Assembly: GCA_965368975.1 (NCBI GenBank)
Contig: CBDUPA010000002.1
Span: forward strand, 512,001-576,000
DNA: 64,000 bases
DNA from: an uncultured bacterium
GTDB taxonomy: Bacteria; Acidobacteriota; Thermoanaerobaculia; Multivoradales; JAHZIX01
Direction of reading: 5' to 3'
The notes under the pieces were generated by a model. It did no database searches. It saw nothing but the letters and a program-made list of their open reading frames with translations, and was not told the origin of the DNA. Shown in pieces: positions 18,983-28,150 of this stretch. The position numbers were made by a program, and so were the translations under genes. How positions within the stretch are numbered: position 1 is the first letter of the stretch; each line of letters opens with the position of its first letter.

Positions 18983-20122
18983 TCATAGTATCACCCGCCG
19001 AAGCGGCAAGAGACGCGCGTGAACGCCCAGCAGGCGGGCGAAGAAGTCAGGGTGCCCAGCAAGGAAGCTCAGGACAGGACGGCGCCAGGAGGCCCGGCGG
19101 TCGAGAGCGAGCACCGCGCGAGTGATCCAATCCGGCAGCCGGCGGATGCGGCGGTGGGCGCGGCCGTATGCGCGCAGGTCACCGGCACGGATGGCCTCGA
19201 CGAGGGCGAATGCCTGGTGGAACGCGAGCGCCAGGCCCTCGCCAGTGATGGCATCCAGGTAGCCACCGGCGTCGCCAACCAGGGCCAGCCGGCCCCGGTG
19301 AACCTCGCGGACCCTCTGCAGGAGAGGGCCACAACCGAGGTCGCGATGGATCGGCGCGGCCGACTGCAATCGGTCCTGGAGCTCAGGGAAGCGGGCGAGC
19401 AGGGCATCGAAGCCGCCGCCAGCCGAGCCGCTCCACAAGATAGCAACACCGACCTCGTTGGTCGCGACGGGCGTAACGTAGGCTTCAGCAGCACCGCGCC
19501 GCGAGCCGTCCTGGGCCCAGTACACCTCGACGACGTCGGTCCACGGCGCCAGGCGGAAATGGCGTCGGACACCGAACCGCTGCCGCGCACGTACCTGCGC
19601 CCGCTCTTGTACGAGGCCAGCTTGTGCCCGCAGCGGCGAGCGCAAGCCGTCGGCCGCCACCAGCCAGCGACCTCGCAGCACCTCACCCACGGCGGTCACG
19701 ACTGCCGGTCCTTCGAGGTTGTCGGGCTCAAAGCCGGTCACCTTGACGCCCCAGACCAGGTTTGCCCCCAGCTCCAGCGCCTGCTCCACCATTGCCTGGT
19801 GCAGCCGCGTGCGCCGGAGCCCGAGGCCGGCGGCCCCCCCGGGGAAGCGACCCTCGGCCACCAAGTCGCCGTCCAGATAGCGGATACCGAAAAACGGGCG
19901 ACCCTGGCCTGCGAGCCGCACGCCAAGCTCTTCGAGACGCGCGACAGCGTCGGGCATGAGACCTTCACCGCACGGCTTGTCCAGCGGTGGATGAGCGGCA
20001 CGATCGACGACCAACACGCCGAGCCCGGCTTGTCGTGCCCGGATGGCCACAGCCAGACCGGCCGGGCCGGCGCCGATGATCAGCACGTCGGTGAGCGCGA
20101 GAGCACTAGCCCGCGGCATCAT
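18983..20122 (-). CDS. FAD-dependent oxidoreductase/monooxygenase (SrsC/FtpE/GGR-like)
   Basis: IIGAGPAG, DKPCGEGL, VAADGLRS and LVGDAGGYLDAITGEG motifs; start ATG 20122 or 20119. Confidence 0.85.
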   Translation of the reverse strand: MMPRASALALTDVLIIGAGPAGLAVAIRARQAGLGVLVVDRAAHPPLDKPCGEGLMPDAVARLEELGVRLAGQGRPFFGIRYLDGDLVAEGRFPGGAAGLGLRRTRLHQAMVEQALELGANLVWGVKVTGFEPDNLEGPAVVTAVGEVLRGRWLVAADGLRSPLRAQAGLVQERAQVRARQRFGVRRHFRLAPWTDVVEVYWAQDGSRRGAAEAYVTPVATNEVGVAILWSGSAGGGFDALLARFPELQDRLQSAAPIHRDLGCGPLLQRVREVHRGRLALVGDAGGYLDAITGEGLALAFHQAFALVEAIRAGDLRAYGRAHRRIRRLPDWITRAVLALDRRASWRRPVLSFLAGHPDFFARLLGVHARLLPLRRVIL

Positions 20123-21965
20123 CGGTATCCGGATCTCGGACTGCTTCGCCCTTGGGCGTAGCACGCGCCTTCAGGTAGCCGAACAAGGAACGGCCGAAGG
20201 CCGCGGCCAGCCGTAGGGACGTCACGGGGGACGGTGGGTCGAGCGTCCCTTCCAGCCACCGCCGCAGCGCCTCAGCGCGCCGCAGCTTACCCGAAGAGGT
20301 CCGCGGCAGGGTGCCCGGCGGCAACACGACAACGTCGTCCACCTGGACACCGACAACACTCAACACCGCGCGCTTGCAAGCTTGCGGTAGAGCTTGGAGC
20401 TGCTCCGGTGTCGCCGTCCGCGCCTGCTCTACGAGCAGAGCGAGCGCTTCACTCTCGGCCTCGCTGGGCAACCAACTCACGGCCACGCAGCAGCCGCGAC
20501 GCAAGCCTGGCAGATCGTCGACCGCCTGCTCGAAGTCCTGAGGTGCATAGTTGCGTCCCCGCAGGATTACCAGATCCTTGGCCCGACCAGTCAAGTAGAG
20601 CTCACCGGACAGCTGGAAGCCCAGGTCACCCGTATTGAGCCAGCCATCACGGAGCGCTTGGCGGGTCCGCTTCGGCTGCCCCAGGTAGCCACTCATGAGC
20701 GACGGACCGCGCACCCAGAGCTGACCAACCCGGCAATCCGGGAGCGATGTTCCGGCCTCATCCCGCAGCTGCAGCTGGAAGTCGGGCAGGGGCCGACCGA
20801 CGGAAACCAGTTCGACACTGTCCGTGTGTCTGTCGTCGTGCTCCGGAGCCGGCGGCACGGGAACCGCCTCTCCCTGGCACAGCGCCAGACGATCGAAACG
20901 GCGGCTACCGAAGGGCTCGGACAGCGCACTGAAGGTGACAGCCAGCGCCGCTTCAGCCAGGCCATAGACCGGCGTCAAGGCTTCTGGCCGCAGTCCCCAG
21001 CGGGCAAAGCGCTCCTGGAAGGCGCGCTGCACGGAAGCCGACACGGGCTCCGCCCCATTGAGCGCCACCCGCCAGTGCGACAGGTCGACCGGTGGCGTGC
21101 CGCTCGACCCATCCAGCTCCTCGTCGCGGATCTTCTGCACGCACAGCGAGTAGGCGAAGTTGGGAGCTGGCGACACCTGAGCCTTGGAGCGTGACAGCGC
21201 GCGCAGCCAAACCGCCGGGCGAGCAACGAAGACCTCGGGCGGAATCACTGTCAGGGTCGACGGTAGCTCCAGCGCCGCCATGACACAGCCGATGAGCCCC
21301 ATATCGTGGTAGAGCGGCAACCAGCTGACGCCGGTCGGCGGCTTGCCGTTGGTCCACCCGGCTGGCCAGAAGGCGTTCAGCCGTCGAGTCTGCGCCAGCA
21401 CGGCTCGGTGCGACAGCGCCACCGGCTTGGGGTCCACGGTGGTGCCAGAGGAGAACTGCACCAGTGCAACCTCCTCCGCCGTCGGCACGGCAAACTCGAC
21501 CGCGGCTCCCACCGTCGGTGCCGGCAGCTGCTCGAGACGGCGGCAGCCCAAGGTCGGCCCGGCGGCGGCGACAGTTTCGCCCAGCAGATGCTGCACCCGT
21601 CTCCCCGCCAGAATCAGGCGGGCCCCGGCCGCGCGCACCAGCGACGCGGTACCCCGGTGGTATTCGTCAAGACGACCGAGCCGGGCTGGCGGGTAGAGCG
21701 GTACCGGCACGCCGCCAGCCAGCACAACTCCGAAGAAGGCATCGAAGAAGTCGGTGGAGGTGGGGAAGATCAGCGCCACCTGCTCGCCGTGCTGGATGCC
21801 CAGGTGCAGGAGACCTCCAGCTACGCGACGGGCGCGCTCGACCACCTTGCTCCAAGGCAACCAGGTCTCGCGCTCGCGAGCATCGAGCAACCGCAGGCCT
21901 GCATCGTCGACCCGCGCGGCCGCGAGCAGCAGAGCCTGCAGGGTGGTGGGGCGACGGTCAGTCAT
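20106..21965 (-). CDS. Fatty acyl-AMP ligase (FAAL)
   Basis: LVQFSSGTT, SWLPLYHDMGLIG, PNFAY, YGLAEA, RGRNYAPQDFE and LPRTSSGK motifs. Confidence 0.9.
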   Translation of the reverse strand: MTDRRPTTLQALLLAAARVDDAGLRLLDARERETWLPWSKVVERARRVAGGLLHLGIQHGEQVALIFPTSTDFFDAFFGVVLAGGVPVPLYPPARLGRLDEYHRGTASLVRAAGARLILAGRRVQHLLGETVAAAGPTLGCRRLEQLPAPTVGAAVEFAVPTAEEVALVQFSSGTTVDPKPVALSHRAVLAQTRRLNAFWPAGWTNGKPPTGVSWLPLYHDMGLIGCVMAALELPSTLTVIPPEVFVARPAVWLRALSRSKAQVSPAPNFAYSLCVQKIRDEELDGSSGTPPVDLSHWRVALNGAEPVSASVQRAFQERFARWGLRPEALTPVYGLAEAALAVTFSALSEPFGSRRFDRLALCQGEAVPVPPAPEHDDRHTDSVELVSVGRPLPDFQLQLRDEAGTSLPDCRVGQLWVRGPSLMSGYLGQPKRTRQALRDGWLNTGDLGFQLSGELYLTGRAKDLVILRGRNYAPQDFEQAVDDLPGLRRGCCVAVSWLPSEAESEALALLVEQARTATPEQLQALPQACKRAVLSVVGVQVDDVVVLPPGTLPRTSSGKLRRAEALRRWLEGTLDPPSPVTSLRLAAAFGRSLFGYLKARATPKGEAVRDPDTDDAAG

Positions 21966-22275
21966 CGGTACCTCCAGCGGCAGCGTCGATGGCCCCCGCG
22001 ATCTCCGCGGCGAGTTTCGAGCGTACCACCTCGACGAGATCGCCGACCGTTGCCAAGCCCGCTTCGTCGTCGGCGTCGAGGCAGATCTCGAAGCGATTCT
22101 CGACCTCGGCCGCCAGAGTCAGCAGGCGTAGCGAGTCGAGTTCGAGGTCCTGCACCAGGTCCATGTCGAGACGCAACTCGCCGGCCCAGTCCAAGTGCCG
22201 ACGCGCTACGTCGGTAATCGCGTCGAGGATTTCGGCCTCGTCGCCGACACTCGATCCGTTGCCGGGTACCTCCAT
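21958..22275 (-). CDS. Acyl carrier protein
   Basis: DLELDSLRLL phosphopantetheine site; acidic 105-aa protein coupled to the FAAL. Confidence 0.88.
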   Translation of the reverse strand: MEVPGNGSSVGDEAEILDAITDVARRHLDWAGELRLDMDLVQDLELDSLRLLTLAAEVENRFEICLDADDEAGLATVGDLVEVVRSKLAAEIAGAIDAAAGGTDD

Positions 22276-22847
22276 CAGTTTCCTCCCTGGGCCGCGAAGA
22301 CCTCATCGTAGCTGCAGTAGCGTCGCAGCGCCGCTTCCTCGACCCGGATACGGTGGCGCAGCAGTAGCGCATTGGCGACGCTGAAGACCACCGCCGTCGT
22401 CCACGCGGAGTGGATCAGCGGCAACGCGAACATCTCGACTACCACCGCCAGATAGTTGGGATGGCGTAACCAGCGGAACGGTCCACCGGTCACCGGTGCA
22501 TCACCGGGCACCACGAGGACGCGCGTGTTCCAGCGTTCACCGAGCGTCGCGATGACCCAGTAGCGCAGGGCCATGGTACCAGCGAGAAGTGGCCCTGCGA
22601 TCAGCGCCAGCGCCGGGATCCACGGCCGCCCGAACCACCAAACCTCGGCCAGGCAGGCAGCGAGAAACGCCGTGTGCAACAGAACCATCACGGGGTAGTG
22701 CCCGGCTCCGGCTTCGATCCCTCCGCGTGCCCGCGCCTTGCGTTCATTGCGCTGCGCGATGCGCAGTTCGAACAAACGCTCGACGATCACCACCGCCAGC
22801 ACGGCAGTGAAGAGCCAACGACTGTCGACATCAGGCAGGAACAACAT
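22275..22847 (-). CDS. Isoprenylcysteine carboxyl methyltransferase family (SrsB/BpsB-like) membrane methyltransferase
   Basis: ERLFEL..RNE, GHYPVMV, TLGERWNTR, GPFRWLRHPNY and RIRVEEAAL motifs. Confidence 0.88.
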   Translation of the reverse strand: MLFLPDVDSRWLFTAVLAVVIVERLFELRIAQRNERKARARGGIEAGAGHYPVMVLLHTAFLAACLAEVWWFGRPWIPALALIAGPLLAGTMALRYWVIATLGERWNTRVLVVPGDAPVTGGPFRWLRHPNYLAVVVEMFALPLIHSAWTTAVVFSVANALLLRHRIRVEEAALRRYCSYDEVFAAQGGN

Positions 22848-22967
22848 GGACGCCTGAACTTATCACTGAGCTACAGCGACGACTCCGCTCTGGTGGTGAC
22901 TTACCCTGCGTTCTACCGCTCTTACCGGCAGCGTCCGGCTCTGTACCGCCGACCGGCTGAAGTCCAT

Positions 22968-23993
22968 TCAGACCATGTACGCCACCGCGAACCCAACCTG
23001 TGCCGCCATCAGCATCAGGTACATGTGGGTCCACGACGGGTGATTCTCGGACTTGGCCAGGGAATCCGGATCTCGCAACAGCAGGTAGACGGTATAGATG
23101 CCCCACAGGGTGAGCAGGACGCTCAGTCCCAGCAGCATGGAGCCATTGCCGGTGAGAATGGGGTGCGCCGAATTCTGCGGGTCCGGCAGATAGACTCCGA
23201 GAGGAATCAGCAGCCAGGGGAAGATGAAGAAGGGGGCGATCATCCAGGCAGCTTTGCGCACGCCGTAGACGATCGGTAGCGTCTTGCAGCCACCGGCCCG
23301 ATCGCCCTCGATGTCGGCGAAGTCCTTGGTGCCCGAGGCACCGACGATGAACAAGCCAAAGATGGTGCCCAGGAACCACGGCTCGACGTACCAGATGTGC
23401 GCCACCATCGCCCAGCCGGCCACCTTGAGCAGGCAGCCGCGGGGGATCGCGATGGTCAAAGCAGCTCCGACGCCGAGCGTCTTGGTGCGGCCCAGAGCCG
23501 GCGCCGAGTAGATGAAGGTGAAGAGCATGCCGACCAGGTAGATGAAGAAGGTCTCGTGCAAGGCCAGCGGGGCACCGATCTTCTGCAGCAGCGTGTTGTA
23601 GGGATAGACAACCACAGCCCAGGTGGGAATCAACGCCAGTGCGTAGAGGATCCAGGTGAACTTCCACGCCTCGGGAACGCTCAAGGCACCGGTGACCAGC
23701 GGCCGCTCCGGCTTGTTGAGGCGGTCGATATCCAGGTCGTAGATCTGGTTGATCGCGTTCGACGCCGCGTTCATGAAGCTGGCGCACAGCGAACCGAGGG
23801 TGACCGTGAGCACGACCGACAGCGTCAGGCGGAAGTCGGGGTCCGGGTTGTGCACCGAGCCGAACGCACAGACGGCACCGGAAATGATGCCGAGCAGCGG
23901 CGGCAGCAGGGTGAACGGACGCGCCAGGCGTACATAGTGTCTGAATTTGGAGGGCCTGGCCTTGGGCTCGACAGGGGACGGGGTAGTACTCAC
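22968..23993 (-). CDS. UbiA-family prenyltransferase (DGGGP synthase/chlorophyll synthase-like clade)
   Basis: NQIYDLDIDRLNKPERP, YSAP and KDFADIEGD..KTLP Asp-rich motifs; multiple TM segments; GTG 23993 likely start. Confidence 0.88.
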   Translation of the reverse strand: MSTTPSPVEPKARPSKFRHYVRLARPFTLLPPLLGIISGAVCAFGSVHNPDPDFRLTLSVVLTVTLGSLCASFMNAASNAINQIYDLDIDRLNKPERPLVTGALSVPEAWKFTWILYALALIPTWAVVVYPYNTLLQKIGAPLALHETFFIYLVGMLFTFIYSAPALGRTKTLGVGAALTIAIPRGCLLKVAGWAMVAHIWYVEPWFLGTIFGLFIVGASGTKDFADIEGDRAGGCKTLPIVYGVRKAAWMIAPFFIFPWLLIPLGVYLPDPQNSAHPILTGNGSMLLGLSVLLTLWGIYTVYLLLRDPDSLAKSENHPSWTHMYLMLMAAQVGFAVAYMV

Positions 23994-24001
23994 GGTTCGA
24001 C

Positions 24002-25384
24002 TCACTGCAGCAGGACCCACATCCCGGCAGCGATCAGCGCACCGGTGAGGGTATTGAGGAAGTTGACGCTCTCGTTGTCCAGCAGGCCGCGTTTCTCCAG
24101 CGTCGAGCCGACCAGGCTTTCCAGCACGGTGCCCAGGAAGGCCGCAACGACGACGATACCGGCCCCCAGCCAACCGAACAGGCCGACCTGCACACCCAGT
24201 GCGGCGAGCAGCGCCGACGCGGCGATTCCCGCCAGCGTTCCTTCCAGCGATACCGCACCTTCGGTCCCCCGCGGTACCGGGCGGAAGGTGGTGAGCAGGA
24301 AGGTGCGCCGACCGTAGAGCTGGCCGATCTCACTGCCAGCAGTATCCGCGACGGCCGTGGCGAAAGCACCCGCGAGACCGAGAACGAAGAGTTCGTAGTG
24401 GTTCGTGGCAACGGCGAAGACGGCGCACGCGACGGCGACACCGGTGTTGGCCAGAGCATGCCGGGCACCTCGGCGACCGCCCTGCTCCTGCGCCAGGTTG
24501 TCCTTCGCCTTGCGCTGATAGCCGAGCTTGGTGCAGGCGGTTCCCAGCACGAAGAAGGCCACGAGCATGGAAAAGCCCGCCCAGCCCAACGCTCCGTAGA
24601 GCAAGGTGCCGAGCAGAACGCCAGCGATGACACCTGAGATGTCGACCGAGCGAGCGGCGAAGGCCATGCCGGCGAGCACGAGGTTGACGACCAGGCCGAT
24701 CAGTAGACGACTCGAGAGGTCCGGATCTGCCAGCACGGCTTGCCAATGCCCCTGGGTGAGCAGCAGGCAGAACAGAAAGAGGCCGGTGAGGAGAGGCACG
24801 CCGAAGTTGTCGTCCAGGCCCTGCGGCAGCGACTCGAGCGCCGCCGACAGCAACGCCGCGCCAGCGGCGACGACGAGGGCGAAGGCCCAGCTGTACTGGA
24901 TCGTCTCGGAATCGGCTACCGTCCAGCGCAGCAGAATGGCAGCGGCGGCAGTGCCGAAGAGCCAGTGTGCCAGGCTACCGGCCCAGCTCTTGTCCGAGTT
25001 CCACGGCAACTTGGCGCGACCCAGGGTCATGCCGACCACCGATGCCATGCCGTCACCGAAGGCGAGGATGCCCCACACTGCGGCGGCAACTTCCAGCCGC
25101 TGGTGGAAGATCAAGATCAGCAGCAGCACAGCCAGCGGATAGAGCACGATGCCCATCGACCGACCACGCTCGGCCTCCTCTTGGCGCCACAACGCCTTGC
25201 CACCGACGCGCGGCAGGACGAAAGCGTTGAACACAACCGCCGTCAGCGCGCACAGCGCCGACCACAGTGGCCCAAGGAAACGCAGGCTGAAGGCGATCAG
25301 GCCCACCGACATGTGGACCACCTTGCGCGCCAGTTCACCCCTGCTCAGTGGTGCCGGGGAATCTGAAGTCAACGAGCTTGCCAT
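24002..25384 (-). CDS. Fusion of phytol/dolichol-kinase-like (CTP-transferase, COG0170) and DUF92 (COG1836) domains
   Basis: N-half: RKVVH, FGDGMASVVG, KSWAGS, LDDN; C-half: GGRRG..ALAN, ADTAGSEIG, PRGTEGAVSLEGT, ESLVG, NESVNFLNT. Confidence 0.82.
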   Translation of the reverse strand: MASSLTSDSPAPLSRGELARKVVHMSVGLIAFSLRFLGPLWSALCALTAVVFNAFVLPRVGGKALWRQEEAERGRSMGIVLYPLAVLLLILIFHQRLEVAAAVWGILAFGDGMASVVGMTLGRAKLPWNSDKSWAGSLAHWLFGTAAAAILLRWTVADSETIQYSWAFALVVAAGAALLSAALESLPQGLDDNFGVPLLTGLFLFCLLLTQGHWQAVLADPDLSSRLLIGLVVNLVLAGMAFAARSVDISGVIAGVLLGTLLYGALGWAGFSMLVAFFVLGTACTKLGYQRKAKDNLAQEQGGRRGARHALANTGVAVACAVFAVATNHYELFVLGLAGAFATAVADTAGSEIGQLYGRRTFLLTTFRPVPRGTEGAVSLEGTLAGIAASALLAALGVQVGLFGWLGAGIVVVAAFLGTVLESLVGSTLEKRGLLDNESVNFLNTLTGALIAAGMWVLLQ

Positions 25385-26292
25385 AGCTCCTCCAGCGCTT
25401 GATCGAGGTCTCGCCGCGGCTGCCAGCCGAGCGCACGCAGGCGGCTGGCGTCACCCTGTAGCAGGGGGATGTCGACCGGCCGCACGCGCTCGGGATCCAC
25501 CTCGACGCGCACCTGTTGGCCGGAACGGGCGATCAGCCGATGCAGTGCTTCTTCGATCGAGACGACCTGGCCACTGGCAAGGTTGTAGACGGTTCCCGCC
25601 TCGTCCTTCTCCGGCCCTGCATCTTCGAGAAGAGTCCGGTAGCCGGCGACAGCATCCCCGACATGCAGGAAGTCCCGGCGCGCTTCCAGGTTACCGACAC
25701 GCAGCACCGGCTCCTGCTCACCACGTTCGATCGCCGCCAGCTGGCGGGTGAACGCGGGCAAGGCGAAGTGCGGACTCTGACCGGGCCCAACGGCATTGAA
25801 GCTACGCACCACGATCGCTCCCGCGGCCAGCGCCAAGCGCTCGGCTGCGGCTTTGGTGAGGGCATAGGGACTGGCCGGCGACAGCGTATGCGTCTCGGCA
25901 ATCGGTTGCTCGTCCTCGGGAACCAGACCATAGACCTCGGCGCTGGAAGCGACGATCACCCGCCGCCCGGGAACACCCGCGGCGGCGGCGGCGGCGAGCA
26001 GATGCTCGGTGCCGAGCACGTTGGCACTGAAGCACTCGGGCAGGTGGCTCCACGACGAACCGACGTGGCTCCAGCCCGCCAGGTGCACCACGGCATCGGG
26101 CGCCGCCTCGGTGAGTGCCGCGGTCAGCGAGTCGGCCTCGGTGATGTCCACCCCCCACAGCTCGGGAACGTCGTCCACCAAGTGCGGGCCAGTGCCCAGG
26201 TAGCTGCCGCACACATCGTGACCGTGCGCGACCAGCTCGCGCGTCAGGTGCCCGCCAACGAAGCCACCGATGCCGGTGACGAATACCTTCAA
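25369..26292 (-). CDS. NDP-sugar epimerase/dehydratase, GDP-6-deoxy-4-keto-hexose reductase (Rmd-like)
   Basis: TGIGGFVG, SSAEVYG, YALTK and GNLEARRDF motifs. Confidence 0.8.
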   Translation of the reverse strand: MKVFVTGIGGFVGGHLTRELVAHGHDVCGSYLGTGPHLVDDVPELWGVDITEADSLTAALTEAAPDAVVHLAGWSHVGSSWSHLPECFSANVLGTEHLLAAAAAAGVPGRRVIVASSAEVYGLVPEDEQPIAETHTLSPASPYALTKAAAERLALAAGAIVVRSFNAVGPGQSPHFALPAFTRQLAAIERGEQEPVLRVGNLEARRDFLHVGDAVAGYRTLLEDAGPEKDEAGTVYNLASGQVVSIEEALHRLIARSGQQVRVEVDPERVRPVDIPLLQGDASRLRALGWQPRRDLDQALEELWQAR

Positions 26293-27254
26293 CTCACCCC
26301 CAGTTGCTGGCGCCAGTAGTCGAGGGTGTCGCGCAGCGTCTGGTCGAAAGGCACCTGCGGTTCCCAGCCGGTGTCGGCGCGGAACTTGGAGCTATCACCG
26401 ATCAGGATCTCGACATCGGACGGCCGCATGCGCTCTGGATCCGGCTCGACCTTGACGTCGACCTGGCTCATGGCCAGCAGGCGATCGAGCAGCTCGCGGA
26501 TAGTGATGCCGTTGCCGGTGGCGATGTTGTACACCTCACCTGGCTTGGCCTTGGTCACCGCCAGCCAGTACGCGCGCACCATGTCACGCACGTCGGTGAA
26601 GTCGCGCACAGCGTCCAGATTGCCGACGCGGATCACCGGCTCCTGGCGGCCTGCCTCGATACTGGCGATCTGCTTGGCGAAGTTGGATGTCACGAAGACA
26701 TCGCCGCGTCGCGGTCCAGTGTGGTTGAAACCGCGCGTACGGATCGCCTTGATGCCATAGCTCATGAAGTACTGGTAGCCCAGCATGTCCTGGCCCACCT
26801 TGGAGACGGCGTAGGGCGACAGCGGGCGCAACGGGTTGGTCTCCTTGATCGGCACCTCGTCCGGCAGTACCAGGCCGTACTCCTCGGAGGAACACGCGAG
26901 CTGGATCACCGGATCGATGCCGAGCGCGCGCACTGCCTCGAAGATGTTGGTCTGGCCGGTGATGTTGGTGCTCAGCGTCTCGGACGGCGCATTCCAGCTG
27001 GTAGGCACGAAACTCTGGGCCGCCAGATGGAAGATGGCTTCTGGACGGATCTCGTCGAGGAGCTTGTGCACCGAGGTGGCGTCGCGCAGGTCGCCTTCGC
27101 GCAGCTGCAGCTTGCCGTCCAGGTGCGCAATATTGTCCATGCGACTGCGCCAGCGGTAGGTGCCGAAGATTTCCACCTGCGGCTGCTCGGCGAGCAGGTA
27201 GTCGGCGAGGTGGGACCCGGCAAAGCCGGTGATACCGGTAATCAAGACTCTCAT
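26289..27254 (-). CDS. gmd: GDP-mannose 4,6-dehydratase family protein
   Basis: TGITGFAG, HLAAQSFV, SSEEYG, SPYAVSK, FNHTGPRRG and GNLDAVRD motifs; start ATG 27254. Confidence 0.8.
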   Translation of the reverse strand: MRVLITGITGFAGSHLADYLLAEQPQVEIFGTYRWRSRMDNIAHLDGKLQLREGDLRDATSVHKLLDEIRPEAIFHLAAQSFVPTSWNAPSETLSTNITGQTNIFEAVRALGIDPVIQLACSSEEYGLVLPDEVPIKETNPLRPLSPYAVSKVGQDMLGYQYFMSYGIKAIRTRGFNHTGPRRGDVFVTSNFAKQIASIEAGRQEPVIRVGNLDAVRDFTDVRDMVRAYWLAVTKAKPGEVYNIATGNGITIRELLDRLLAMSQVDVKVEPDPERMRPSDVEILIGDSSKFRADTGWEPQVPFDQTLRDTLDYWRQQLGVS

Positions 27255-28150
27255 CAAAGGTTCCTCAAGTCGTTCAAGTACGCGGCCAAGTAAGCAGCCA
27301 GCCCCGCGCTCCACGGCTCGACACGGCGGCCGAGGAGTTCCTCGCAGCGCCGCACGTCGAGTACCGAGTAGGCGGGGCGGCGGGCGGGCCGCGGGAATTC
27401 GTCGCTGGTCACCGGTTCGACGTGCACGTCCGGCTTCCAGTATTCCACGATGGCACGGGCGAAGTCGCACCAGGAAACCGCGGGGCGGTTCTGGTAGTGC
27501 AGGATACCGGTGGCGTCGGTCGTGCCCAGATCGAGCAGGGCACGGGCCAGAAACTCTGTGTACGTCGGACCCCCGACCTGGTCGTCGACGATGCGTAGGT
27601 TCTCGTGTCCTTGATCCATCAGCCGGATCATCGTGGTCACGAAGTTGGGACCGCCGGGTCCGAACAGCCAGCTGACACGCACTACCAGTGCATTGTCGTA
27701 GGCCAGGGCCAGTTCCTCGCCACGCAGCTTGCTGGCACCGTAGACGGAAACCGGGCCGGTAGGGTCGTCTTCACTGTAAGGGCGAAGCTCGTCACCGTCA
27801 CGGATTCCCTCGCCGCTGAAGACCCCATCTCCAGCAAACACATAGTCTGTCGACGGCTGCACCAGCCGTGCACCAGCCGCCCTCGCGGCCTCGACCACGT
27901 TGCCGATGGCGTCCCCGTTGATGCGCATCGCCGTGTCCTGCTCGCTCTCGCAAGCATCGACCTTGGTGAAGGCGGCGCAGTTCACGATCAGTGACGGTCG
28001 AAAGGTCTCGGCCCAGTAGCGTAGGCGCTCGGCGTCGGTAATGTCCGCCTGCTGTCGCGACAGGCCCAGCGCGGCCCAACCACGGGAACGGGCTTGCCGC
28101 ACCACGGCACCGCCGAGCATGCCCGTACCGCCGAACACCAAGACACGCAT
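27254..28150 (-). CDS. rfbD: dTDP-4-dehydrorhamnose reductase
   Basis: GGTGMLG, NCAAFTKVDACE, STDYVF, YGASK and DDQVGGPT motifs. Confidence 0.92.
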   Translation of the reverse strand: MRVLVFGGTGMLGGAVVRQARSRGWAALGLSRQQADITDAERLRYWAETFRPSLIVNCAAFTKVDACESEQDTAMRINGDAIGNVVEAARAAGARLVQPSTDYVFAGDGVFSGEGIRDGDELRPYSEDDPTGPVSVYGASKLRGEELALAYDNALVVRVSWLFGPGGPNFVTTMIRLMDQGHENLRIVDDQVGGPTYTEFLARALLDLGTTDATGILHYQNRPAVSWCDFARAIVEYWKPDVHVEPVTSDEFPRPARRPAYSVLDVRRCEELLGRRVEPWSAGLAAYLAAYLNDLRNL

